Source: a virus
Direction: 5' to 3' (one strand)
Length of the DNA stretch: 47,776 nucleotides
IMG/VR virus record: IMGVR_UViG_3300048912_000197
Span: 1 to 47,776 of that record
Positions 16,764-25,146 of the stretch are shown here, piece by piece. Positions within the stretch are counted from its first letter, which is position 1; each line of letters starts with the position of its first letter. The position numbers and the translations under genes were made by a program. The notes below the pieces were generated by a model. It was not told where the DNA came from. It saw nothing but the letters and a program-made list of their open reading frames with translations, and ran no database searches.

Positions 16764-17513
16764 TCACGGCACGGGCGGCGCAAGCGCCCCCTGCAGCGCG
16801 CCAGTCAAGCCGCCTTGCCCTTGCACAATGCCGAGCAGCACGGACTTAAGTTGCTCTTGCTTCGGCTTTTCGTCCTTGGCCGTGGCCTTGCTGCCCACGG
16901 CTTTCTTGACCGATCCGATCAGCTCGGTTGGCTTTGGCGCGAACGACGCGCGCACGATCTCGGTCTGCCGCAGGGGGGACAACGTGATCGCCCAAGTCTG
17001 CCCTTCCCCATCGGTGTCGTAGTTTTCCACCGCGCTGATCTTGGTGAGGCGCAGCCCTTCGCGCGTGCGCAGCGGGGTCACCAACTTGATCTCGGTTCGA
17101 TCGTTGAAAAGCTGCTGCAGGAGCTCGTCCATTTTCAGCGTGCGCTTTTCGAAGTCCCCCTGCGAGGTAAGCACCTGCACGCTGGTGGGGATCCGGTCAC
17201 CGCCTAGGATCGCCGTGTTCAGCGCGCCGCCGATTGATAGCGTCTGCGGCTGGCTCGGACCTTTCGGCAGGTCCATTTCCTGCACGCCGAACGCAAGAGC
17301 AACACCGGGATCAGAAAGCAGCGGGGTATTTGTGACATAACCTGTTAGCTCGATCGGCGTGATCAGCGTGCGAATGTGATCGGCCACGTCCACGCCCGAT
17401 TCCACCGGAAACTGCGTGATCTCGGCCTGGTCTTGGTGGTTGATCTCGGTCGTGACGTCGAAGCGCAGCGAAGCTTCGGCCCCGTCCTTGTCCGTGTACA
17501 TCAGAGCGATCAT
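16764..17513 (-). CDS. tail protein downstream of tape measure (Dit-like / DNA-circulation N-terminal domain type)
   Basis: 249 aa. ...HQDQAEITQFPVESGVDVADHIRTLITPIELTGYVTN... resembles the 'a.vT..PVE.G..isDh....P..l.l.g.vs' motif. ATGA overlap with the tape measure gene. Confidence 0.45.
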   Translation of the reverse strand: MIALMYTDKDGAEASLRFDVTTEINHQDQAEITQFPVESGVDVADHIRTLITPIELTGYVTNTPLLSDPGVALAFGVQEMDLPKGPSQPQTLSIGGALNTAILGGDRIPTSVQVLTSQGDFEKRTLKMDELLQQLFNDRTEIKLVTPLRTREGLRLTKISAVENYDTDGEGQTWAITLSPLRQTEIVRASFAPKPTELIGSVKKAVGSKATAKDEKPKQEQLKSVLLGIVQGQGGLTGALQGALAPPVP

Positions 17514-19087
17514 GTGCCTGCCACTGGTTTAAGCGCGGCCTGTGCTGCGCGCGCGGTGTTTGCCTGCAGGGTGCCCGTGGCGTTCACCACGGCCGCGGCC
17601 GTGGCCTGCGGACTCTGCGCCCCGTTGATCTGGAAATTGTTCGTTTGCTGCGCGTTGACCGTGCTCGGCGGCGCGCCGATCTTATCGATCTTCGGCGCGG
17701 TCAGCGGCCCCACCTTGAGCGCCTCGAGTCCGTTGGCAATCTTGCCGGCAAGGTCCCCGGTGCCGGGGATCTTGGACAGCAGCGCAGCCACCGTGCCAAC
17801 ACCTGACTGGATCGTGGTCAGCAGCGAATTCCAAACACCCAGCACGGTGTTAGCCACCCCGGTGCCGAACGCAGCGATCGCATTCAGCACGCCAATGATC
17901 GCGTTATCGATCGAGATCCAAAACGCTTGGCACTGCTGATCGAGCCAGGCGATCCCTTCCGCGATCGCGTCCCCGAGCCCGGCAAAGTCCTGCTTGACGA
18001 TTTCCCAGAGCGCGCCGAAGCCGCCCCCGGTCATGTCCCAAAAGACTTTGAATTGATCGATCGTTTCGTTGCACCAATTGCGGATGATGTCCGCAGCGCC
18101 TGCACCAAACCACTTGTCCAGCAGCCGCCCAAATACCGAGTCACCGCCACGCAGGAAGGTGAAAAGATCTTCCACCACCAGGAAGATCAGACCCCAGATC
18201 AGCAGCTGCTTGGCCATGCCGAGCAAGAGCTGCCGCTGCGCAATCACCACCTTCCAAAGCCCGGCCGCGCCCACGGCCCCGAGCGCCACCAGCGCGGTCT
18301 GCACCAGGCTGGTGTGCTTGGTCAGGTTGGAAAACCAGCCGGCCACGCGGGACAGCCAAATATTTAGCGCGGTGAACGCGGGCAGAATGTGCGCAGCGAT
18401 CGCATACTTCACACCCATCATTGACGCTTCGAAGCGATCGAAAGAGTCATCCGCCGCAGCGGCCTGCGCTACGGTGTCCTTGTCCATGACACCGCCGATC
18501 TCGTGCAGCTCTTTTCGCAGCTGCTCGATCCCGATCTTGCCATCTTGGAACAACGCGAAAAGCTTCGCGCCGGACTTTCCAAAATACTTCATTGCTTCCG
18601 CGTTGCGCTTCGCGGGATCTTCGATCTTGGCGATCGCCAGGCCCACGTCAGTGAAAACGTCAGCGGTGTTGCGCGCCTTGCCGTTTTCCTCGAGCGCCAC
18701 ACCCATGCGCTCGATCTCTTGCCGCGCCTTGGGATCGCCAAGGTTGCGCTGCAGCGTAAGGATCGCCTTGTTCAGCTCCTGCGTTTCAACGCCGCTCTGC
18801 TTGGCCGCATAGGTTAGCTCTTGGTACTCTTCCACCCCGAGCCCAAGAGCTCGGCTAGTGTCATCGATCGCAGCACCCACCCCGGCGATCTCGCGCGCGA
18901 AGTCCTGCAGCATGTCCACGGCGAACGCGCCTGCGAGCGCGGCACCAAGGGTTTTCAGGTTCCCCGTGATCGCGGTGATCAGGGAGTCCGCCCCCGAAAG
19001 CGCGGCCTCGTCAATGTCGAAGCCGAACGATGCTAGGATCTCTTTCAGCACGGGGCCACATTCCCACGCGCGCCGCGCGTTGTGCAA
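17510..19087 (-). CDS. tail tape measure protein
   Basis: 525 aa. It has a TP901-type core (...ELTYAAKQSGVETQELNKAILTLQRNLG...AMKYFGKSGAKLFALF...) and hydrophobic central segments, and follows the chaperone pair. The start is uncertain: TTG at 19087 or GTG at 19054. Confidence 0.8.
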   Translation of the reverse strand: MHNARRAWECGPVLKEILASFGFDIDEAALSGADSLITAITGNLKTLGAALAGAFAVDMLQDFAREIAGVGAAIDDTSRALGLGVEEYQELTYAAKQSGVETQELNKAILTLQRNLGDPKARQEIERMGVALEENGKARNTADVFTDVGLAIAKIEDPAKRNAEAMKYFGKSGAKLFALFQDGKIGIEQLRKELHEIGGVMDKDTVAQAAAADDSFDRFEASMMGVKYAIAAHILPAFTALNIWLSRVAGWFSNLTKHTSLVQTALVALGAVGAAGLWKVVIAQRQLLLGMAKQLLIWGLIFLVVEDLFTFLRGGDSVFGRLLDKWFGAGAADIIRNWCNETIDQFKVFWDMTGGGFGALWEIVKQDFAGLGDAIAEGIAWLDQQCQAFWISIDNAIIGVLNAIAAFGTGVANTVLGVWNSLLTTIQSGVGTVAALLSKIPGTGDLAGKIANGLEALKVGPLTAPKIDKIGAPPSTVNAQQTNNFQINGAQSPQATAAAVVNATGTLQANTARAAQAALKPVAGT

Positions 19088-19321
19088 CTAGCGGGCCTGC
19101 GGTGTCCGGCCCTTTTGCAGCCCGGTTTCCCCGCGCGCGCCCGCGTTGCTGGTGCCTGCGTACGCGCGCCGCGTGGCCTCTTCCGAAGCATCGATCACGC
19201 GGTGCGCGTCCAGCAGATCGTCAAGCGTCCACTCGCTTCGAATGGTGGCCAGCGAGTCTTGGTAAACCCCTGCCGTGGCCACGCGGTGCAGCAGCCATTC
19301 CACCCCATCGGGCCATTTCAC
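19088..19321 (-). CDS. tail assembly chaperone, -1 frame extension (T part of a G/GT pair)
   Basis: This ORF lies in the -1 frame relative to 19318..19773. That frame is open from the slippery heptamer through to the stop at 19088. Confidence 0.6.
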   Translation of the reverse strand: MKWPDGVEWLLHRVATAGVYQDSLATIRSEWTLDDLLDAHRVIDASEEATRRAYAGTSNAGARGETGLQKGRTPQAR

Positions 19322-19773
19322 GCCTTTGGATTTGCCGCGCTGCCCGCTGCGCTTTTCGCGCGCATATCGCGAAATGCCGCTAAAAAATCAGCGAAATTGT
19401 ACTCGATACAGGCGCGAAGCCATTTCATCAGGTGCAGCAAACCCTTGTCGCTGAAATGGTGATCGTACGTGGCTTGATCCGTCAGCCCCGGCCAGCGCTC
19501 ACCACCGGGCTCGATCACACGGAAGGCCGAGTAAGCTCGGAAGGCGGTGATCAGCGCGTCCAGCGTGGCGCTGTCCACCGAATCGGAAAGCTTTTCGAGT
19601 GCCGCAACACCTGCGCGATCGTCGCCTTCCTTGGCCTTGGCGGCCTCGAGCAAAGCGGGCAGCAGCGAAGTGCGGATCCGGTTGAACACCGGCAGGGCTT
19701 GTCCGGTGGGCAGCTTGGTCAGCTGGTATTCCACCCCATCGATCACGGTCTTGGTGCTGGGAAGTTGCGGCAT
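19318..19773 (-). CDS. tail assembly chaperone (G-like)
   Basis: 151 aa. It lies between the tube and tape measure genes and carries the slippery site near its 3' end. Typical size and acidic/helical composition. Confidence 0.65.
   Translation of the reverse strand: MPQLPSTKTVIDGVEYQLTKLPTGQALPVFNRIRTSLLPALLEAAKAKEGDDRAGVAALEKLSDSVDSATLDALITAFRAYSAFRVIEPGGERWPGLTDQATYDHHFSDKGLLHLMKWLRACIEYNFADFLAAFRDMRAKSAAGSAANPKA
19381..19387 (-). promoter_or_regulatory. programmed -1 ribosomal frameshift slippery site T_TTT_TTA
   Basis: The minus strand reads gct ga[T TTT TTA] gcg in the zero frame of the chaperone gene (X_XXY_YYZ). After a -1 slip the frame has no stop until 19088. Confidence 0.6.
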
Positions 19774-19855
19774 GGTCCGCAGAAACTACAGCGCGCCCGC
19801 GCGCCCGAGCAAGTGCAGGGGCGGGGGCGCGCTCGCGCGTGCGCAGAGCTCGGGA

Positions 19856-20293
19856 TCAGCTACCGCCCAAGAAAACCTTGGGCTGGTACACGTCCACCAA
19901 CCATTCGCGCTCCCCAGCTTCGCCGGCGATCGCCTCGTCCGGTTCGCCAATCACCCACGCTTCCGCGCCCACGATCAGCGTCCGGCCCAAGTTGTTCTTG
20001 AACAAGAACGGCACCACGCCAGCGCCACCGGGCGTGGCCTGGTCCAGCAGGTGCAGGCTCATCAGGTAGTCATTGCTGGCGCTGGTTTGCATCAGGGTCA
20101 GCTTGAACTGTCCAAAGGGCTGCTTCCGCATGCTGCGCGTGCCCTGCGCGTCCAGGCCGCTCTTGCGCGTGTAGATCGCTTCCCCGCGCGTCCACTCGAT
20201 CGAGCTGTCTTCCCCCCATCCCTCGATCGGGACCCCGCCAAGGGAAAACGAGTGCTCGTGCGCCGCGAAGTGCTTCAATGCTGAATCGGTCAT
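19856..20293 (-). CDS. tail tube protein
   Basis: 145 aa, immediately downstream of the sheath gene, with AGGAG 9 nt before the ATG. Size and beta-rich sequence resemble DUF3277-type tube proteins. Confidence 0.65.
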   Translation of the reverse strand: MTDSALKHFAAHEHSFSLGGVPIEGWGEDSSIEWTRGEAIYTRKSGLDAQGTRSMRKQPFGQFKLTLMQTSASNDYLMSLHLLDQATPGGAGVVPFLFKNNLGRTLIVGAEAWVIGEPDEAIAGEAGEREWLVDVYQPKVFLGGS

Positions 20294-20338
20294 GATTTGG
20301 ATCTCCTGCCGTTGCCGTTAGTGTTTCGGTTGCGAGGG

Positions 20339-21682
20339 TTACGCGGCCACCGGCAGCGTGACGGAAACTTTGCCTTGGATCACGATCCCGTGGATTGCAC
20401 CCGAGTCGTAGGCCAAGAACGAAACGTCCGGCAGCCGGCGCGCCTCACGATCCGCAGGCGAGATCTGCTGCACGGTGGGAGCCGTGACAACCGGCGCGGG
20501 ATCCGTCAGCAAGCCGCCGATCTTGGTCTGACGATCCAGTGGCGCATGCACCGCGCTGATCATCAGGTTGATCCCGTCATTGCTAAACGGGATCTTGAGA
20601 TTACGGCGGAAGGTGCCGATCACCGATTCCACGATCCGCGCCTGCAGCCAGTGCTTGACGGTCATGGTATCGATAAAGATCCCGCGGCCGGTGATCCCTT
20701 GCATGGTGTGGCCGCCGCCGCTCTTGGTGGTGTAGTAGTTGCCGCGCTTCGAGATCAGCACGTTGATCTCTGCCGGGGAAAGCTTGCTCGTGCTCGTGCC
20801 GGCCAGCGTCTTGTGCGCCCACGTGATTTGGCCCGGGGTGTACGGCAGCGCCTTTCCGAGCATGGCAGCCGCGTGGCCCGTGCCGATCTCATGGTGCCAG
20901 CAAATGATCGATTGATCGTATGCTGCGGTTTTCGCGGTGCTGATCACGTCATCGGTGACAGCCACGTCCAAGCAGCCGCCGTCCGCCGTTTGGAAAACGC
21001 CGATCTTGTCGATGGTCTGCAGGTACGCTTGGATCGCGTTGGTGTCCGCCTTGACCTGCAGGTCCGTGACCACGCCATACCAATCATCATCCACGCTGCG
21101 GATCTCCGCGAAGTCAGCGATCTGCGTCTGCGCCGTCACCACCGTGGTGTCAGTGATCGAAAGCGCGGACGCTGCCACGGGATCGATCCCCGTCAGCTGC
21201 AACACCGTATTGGTGGCCGAAGCCGTCACGGTCACGGTGTCCGTGCTGCTGGTGGCCGCTGCATTGGCGAGCGCATCGATCGCGTTCTTGATCCCCGTGG
21301 CGATCAGCGTGGCGGTGGTGTCCGTCACCAGTACCGTGTACGTCCACGGCAAGCCGCCGAGCACGCCACTGATCACGGTGCCGGTGCGCAGCGCGCGCTT
21401 GACTTGGATCGTAAATTTGTGGGTGAACCCCTGCGAGCGCAGGCCCACCTTGAACGTGGCCGGCTTCGGCGTCTGCGACTTGAGCGCAACCGCTGCGACC
21501 ATGATCGGGTGTGCGGCGTCCACGCCGAGATCCACCAGCTCGTCCACTTCCGCGAATTCGCGGATCGCTTCGGGCCAGTACGCGTGATAAGCGTAAATCA
21601 GCGGCGTGCCGAAACCCGTTTGCGAAACGGATGACGCGCTGATCTCAATGTTCAGGGTGATGACGTCGGACGTTGTGGCCAT
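20339..21682 (-). CDS. contractile tail sheath protein
   Basis: 447 aa with a strong SD (AAGGAG). The C-terminal region ...WAHKTLAGTSTSKLSPAEINVLISKRGNYYTTKSGGGHTMQGITGRGIFIDTMTVKHWLQARI... resembles DUF3383-type sheath proteins. Confidence 0.75.
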   Translation of the reverse strand: MATTSDVITLNIEISASSVSQTGFGTPLIYAYHAYWPEAIREFAEVDELVDLGVDAAHPIMVAAVALKSQTPKPATFKVGLRSQGFTHKFTIQVKRALRTGTVISGVLGGLPWTYTVLVTDTTATLIATGIKNAIDALANAAATSSTDTVTVTASATNTVLQLTGIDPVAASALSITDTTVVTAQTQIADFAEIRSVDDDWYGVVTDLQVKADTNAIQAYLQTIDKIGVFQTADGGCLDVAVTDDVISTAKTAAYDQSIICWHHEIGTGHAAAMLGKALPYTPGQITWAHKTLAGTSTSKLSPAEINVLISKRGNYYTTKSGGGHTMQGITGRGIFIDTMTVKHWLQARIVESVIGTFRRNLKIPFSNDGINLMISAVHAPLDRQTKIGGLLTDPAPVVTAPTVQQISPADREARRLPDVSFLAYDSGAIHGIVIQGKVSVTLPVAA

Positions 21683-21692
21683 TGTTTGCTCC

Positions 21693-22322
21693 TTAGACGA
21701 GATCTGCGGGTTGCTCGATCGCGGTTTCTGCTTGGGTGATTGTTGCGCCGTTCGGTCCCACGACAGTGCCGCGGACTAGGACGGTTTCGATCCAGGAATC
21801 GGGCATTTCGTACACGTTCGCGGCGCAGTTAAATTCGAGCTCTGACACCGAAGCGCTAACACGTCGGCCGTCCCTGGTGTACGTGAAATCGGCCGAGTCC
21901 CCCACGCGCGCGAGCCCGAGCCCGAGCCCGGTCAATGCCTCGAGCGATGACGGCAGACGCAGCCGCGTGCGGATCTCGTCGGACACCGTGAACGCCGAAA
22001 GCGTGTCCGTGTGATCGAACGTTTCGCAGCGCAGCTCGAAGCGCAGCACGCGGTTGCCCACGTTCCAAGACTTGAGCGCCTTGAACGCGGGGCCCGTGGT
22101 CGGGGTGATCGTGACCTGCTCGTGCCTGCGTTCGTCCTGCCCTTTGCCGCGCACGCGGTTGAGCGACAGATCGATCTTGATCCCGCTCGGGCTTTGGTAG
22201 GGCTGCGCGCGCTCGGTCCAGAAAGCTTCGAACATTGGATCCGCGGCCACACTCACGGCCGCGCACCGCGCGATCAGATCGCGAATGCCGGGCATGATTG
22301 CGGACCACGGGATCGAGCTCAT
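21693..22322 (-). CDS. neck / tail terminator-type protein (by position)
   Basis: 209 aa, directly upstream of the sheath gene, with ATGA overlap to the preceding connector gene. Confidence 0.4.
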   Translation of the reverse strand: MSSIPWSAIMPGIRDLIARCAAVSVAADPMFEAFWTERAQPYQSPSGIKIDLSLNRVRGKGQDERRHEQVTITPTTGPAFKALKSWNVGNRVLRFELRCETFDHTDTLSAFTVSDEIRTRLRLPSSLEALTGLGLGLARVGDSADFTYTRDGRRVSASVSELEFNCAANVYEMPDSWIETVLVRGTVVGPNGATITQAETAIEQPADLV

Positions 22323-22813
22323 TTCTTAGGCTCCACTTTCGAGTCAATCGCGGTGCGGAATTGGCCAGAGTCAATGAGGGGTTTGGAAGATCCCTTTTGC
22401 CGGATCGTGCTGTCTGCGTTTTCGGGTGGGATGCCTTCCGCGATCCGCTTCCGCATTCCACCGGCCAGGTACACCCCGAGCCGGCGCAGCAGCTGCTCGG
22501 GATCCGCGCCTTTGACCAGCGCTTCCCCGTGCTTTTTCAGAATGTGCTTGATCTCTTGTTCGTGCTCGTCAACGAAAGCGCGCAACCAGCTGCGGCTTGG
22601 GATCGTGTCGGTTCCGAATTCGAGCCAGGTGGCCACTTCCACCAGGGTGGGCGCGCCTTCCGGCACTTCCCCATCGCCGTCAGTCTTGGGCGCTGCACCA
22701 GCGTCCCCATGCACGCCAGTGGTGACCTGCAGTTTTTGAGCCTTGGCGATACGCGCACGCAGCGCTTTGAAGCCGTGATCCTTGGTGCTGATCTTGACGC
22801 CACGTTTGGCCAT
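22319..22813 (-). CDS. head-tail joining / virion morphogenesis protein (HK97 gp10- or Mu G-like)
   Basis: 164 aa. ...SSKPLIDSGQFRTAIDSKV... matches the 'PL.dtG.l..si' signature of this family. Confidence 0.5.
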   Translation of the reverse strand: MAKRGVKISTKDHGFKALRARIAKAQKLQVTTGVHGDAGAAPKTDGDGEVPEGAPTLVEVATWLEFGTDTIPSRSWLRAFVDEHEQEIKHILKKHGEALVKGADPEQLLRRLGVYLAGGMRKRIAEGIPPENADSTIRQKGSSKPLIDSGQFRTAIDSKVEPKK

Positions 22814-23097
22814 CAGAGCAGCACCGCGATCCCCTCACTCACTCGGGACAGCAGCCTTTCATACTCGGGCAAGTACAGATCCGAGCCGTCAGCCTTCCGC
22901 AGATTCTGCGCAAGCGGGTGCTGCGCCAGCTTGTGCGCGGCCAGGTACAGGTGCGCTTCCCGAAGCAGTGGGCCCCAAACACATTCCCGGATCTCGGCCT
23001 GCGCCCCGTCCAGCGAACCCTGCCGAATGCCCTGCGGGGCCGGCTTGAATTCGGGGAAGCGATCGATCAGGTCAGAGTCAGAGGCCCACGTGCTCAC
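22813..23097 (-). CDS. head-tail connector/adaptor protein (gp6 / DUF4054-like)
   Basis: 94 aa with a GTG start. ...AHLYLAAHKLA... is the motif typical of head-completion adaptors. Confidence 0.45.
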   Translation of the reverse strand: MSTWASDSDLIDRFPEFKPAPQGIRQGSLDGAQAEIRECVWGPLLREAHLYLAAHKLAQHPLAQNLRKADGSDLYLPEYERLLSRVSEGIAVLL

Positions 23098-23100
23098 GGT

Positions 23101-23424
23101 TCAGGCTCCTGCCTGCGCGCCGCCCGCGGGCGGTTGCGGCTCGTCCGAGCCTTCGCCGTCCTTGGCCTTGCTGCCGCGTTTGCGGCTCGGGCTCGGGGCG
23201 CGCTCGGTCTTGCCCAAGATCTCGGCGGCTTCGGTCTCTTCCGCCTTGGATTCGAACGTGATCACCACGTCACCCAAGCCATGCAGGCGGAAGAGCTCGG
23301 CCAGCACGGGCTTGCTGAACGTTTCCACCGGTTCCGACAGCGAGCCAGCCGGATCCAAGTGCAACGTGCGGGCGTTGCTGACGCGGATCGAGTGACGGCG
23401 CGGGCGGTTGTTCTTGATCTCCAT
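23101..23424 (-). CDS. hypothetical protein with charged disordered C-terminus
   Basis: The ATG at 23424 follows the capsid terminator, giving 107 aa. The rest of ORF 23101..23838 overlaps the capsid gene and is shadow sequence. Confidence 0.5.
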   Translation of the reverse strand: MEIKNNRPRRHSIRVSNARTLHLDPAGSLSEPVETFSKPVLAELFRLHGLGDVVITFESKAEETEAAEILGKTERAPSPSRKRGSKAKDGEGSDEPQPPAGGAQAGA

Positions 23425-23449
23425 TTTCGGTCTCTTTCGTGGGGGTTGT

Positions 23450-23475
23450 AAAAGCAGGGGCGCCGAAGCGCCCCC
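23450..23475 (-). terminator. intrinsic terminator downstream of the major capsid gene
   Basis: The minus-strand RNA reads GGGGCGC-UUCG-GCGCCCC followed by UGCUUUUAC: a 7-bp GC stem with a UUCG tetraloop and a U-run. Confidence 0.7.
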
Positions 23476-23513
23476 GATCACTTGCCTGCTGCGTGCGCTC
23501 GGGGCGCGCTCGA

Positions 23514-24506
23514 TCAGGTATCGTGCGTGCGGTCGCCGTACAGCATGGCCAGCGGGTGGTACACGCAGACGCCGCCGCAGGTGGCAATGCAGGGCACTTC
23601 CGTTTCCAGGCCGTGAACCTGCGCCGGCAGCATTTCGAAGCGGTTGGGCACCACGGCTTCGAGCACTTCCGAATTGCGTGCGTAGGCCACGCAGCGCGGC
23701 GCGCCGCCCGAGCCAGCATCCTCGAGCGCGTACCACTGATCGATATTCCGGATGTATTGCTGATTTTCCAGGAACACCTGCAGCACGGACTTGGGGTTCA
23801 GCGTGCTGTAAGGCCGGTTGCTCAAGTAGTTGAACCACGTGGGAGCCAGCAGCAGCGTGTCCGCCTTGAAAATCTGCTTGGTGATGATCGAGATCTGCGC
23901 AGCAAACCCGTTCAGGTCCGCCAAGATCTGATCGCTGGTGGTGGCCGCGTCATCCCACACGTACAGGAAGGTGTACGTGGGAACGTTCGCGTTGTTCAGC
24001 ATGCCCGTGGTGGTCAGCACGGAAGCCGGCTGATTTACCGCAGCGAGTCCGCCGAAAGCGACCATCAGATCGATCGCGGTTTCGATTGCGCGGCGCGCCG
24101 CCGAAGCCTTGCGATCGGAAAGGTTCACCTTGGCGAACGTGGCCGCGCGAAGCTCCATCAGGGACCAGCCGAAGCTGTCACCGATCGTGTACACCTTGCC
24201 GGTGATCTCGGTCGCGTTCACGTCCACGCGGGGCAGGTCACGGCCACCGCCTGCGGCAATGATCTTGGCCATGCCGAATTGATCGTAGACCTTTTGCGTG
24301 AACGTTTCGACGTTCGGATCGATATCCGTGGCGATCGGCACGAACGTCAGCGCCTTGTTTTCCGCGTACTTCTTTTCGAAGATCTTGGACCGCACCTGCA
24401 CGAGCTCCCTTTCCAGGAAGGCCGTGGACGCAGCGTCCATACGGTATCGGGTATCGGTCTCGCCAGTGGCGGCCATGAGTGCGAGGATCGAAGCGAACAT
24501 TTTCAT
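23514..24506 (-). CDS. major capsid protein (HK97 fold, DUF2184-type)
   Basis: The ATG at 24506 has AAGGA upstream, giving 330 aa. ...DAASTAFLERELVQVRSKIFEKKYAENKALTFVP... is the N-terminal signature of DUF2184 capsid proteins. The gene follows the DUF2213 and decoration genes. Confidence 0.8.
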   Translation of the reverse strand: MKMFASILALMAATGETDTRYRMDAASTAFLERELVQVRSKIFEKKYAENKALTFVPIATDIDPNVETFTQKVYDQFGMAKIIAAGGGRDLPRVDVNATEITGKVYTIGDSFGWSLMELRAATFAKVNLSDRKASAARRAIETAIDLMVAFGGLAAVNQPASVLTTTGMLNNANVPTYTFLYVWDDAATTSDQILADLNGFAAQISIITKQIFKADTLLLAPTWFNYLSNRPYSTLNPKSVLQVFLENQQYIRNIDQWYALEDAGSGGAPRCVAYARNSEVLEAVVPNRFEMLPAQVHGLETEVPCIATCGGVCVYHPLAMLYGDRTHDT

Positions 24507-24588
24507 TTGTCGGTTCCTTGTGTGAGTCGATTGGTAACAGCTGGCGAGGATCGGGCGGCGCACCCTCGAGCGCGCCGCCCGCGGTGGG

Positions 24589-25098
24589 TTAGGCGATCGT
24601 CACTTCCACCAGCACGGGCCCCGCGCCGGTGCAGGCTTCGATCACTCGCAGCATGCCCGTGGCCGCCGCAGCCTTGGCCGTGTCCGCGTCATTGCGCAGC
24701 GCGCCAAGCAGCGTGTTTCCGCCGCTGGCCGTGTATCGCACGAACGGCACCGCGTTCTTGGACAGGGCCGTTTCCGTGTACATCCACACGCGGCCACGGC
24801 GAAGCACGGGCACCTCTTCGCCTGCGTCGTACAGCACTTCACCCGCGGCCAGGCTCGGCTGCTTGCCGGGATTCCAGAGCACCACGCCAGCCACCGCCGT
24901 GGCCGCGATATCGCCGGACGCGTCCGGGCTTTCGGCGGTCATGCTGGTGGCCCCCTCGATCACGAGAATGCCGGGCGCGAGCCCCGCAGCCGCGATACGG
25001 GAAACGGGATCGAAGCCCTGGTGCGGGCCGTCAGCCAGCATGCCGGGGACGGCGCGGGACATGTTCTGCGAGTACGAGCTTTGAACGGAAGTGGTCAT
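24589..25098 (-). CDS. head decoration / cement protein (DUF2190 / Gp24-like)
   Basis: 169 aa with SD AAGGAAA. It lies between the scaffold and capsid genes and has a beta-rich A/G/V composition. Confidence 0.5.
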   Translation of the reverse strand: MTTSVQSSYSQNMSRAVPGMLADGPHQGFDPVSRIAAAGLAPGILVIEGATSMTAESPDASGDIAATAVAGVVLWNPGKQPSLAAGEVLYDAGEEVPVLRRGRVWMYTETALSKNAVPFVRYTASGGNTLLGALRNDADTAKAAAATGMLRVIEACTGAGPVLVEVTIA

Positions 25099-25146
25099 GG
25101 ATCTTTCCTTTGGTCAGCGTTGCGTTTCGGGGTGAGGGGCCGGCGA

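Noticed and set aside
20297-21634. 445-aa plus-strand ORF antisense to the tail sheath gene
   Set aside because: It is R/G/D/H-rich shadow sequence typical of high-GC DNA. The opposite strand carries a recognisable sheath protein with a strong SD. No motif or sensible start context.
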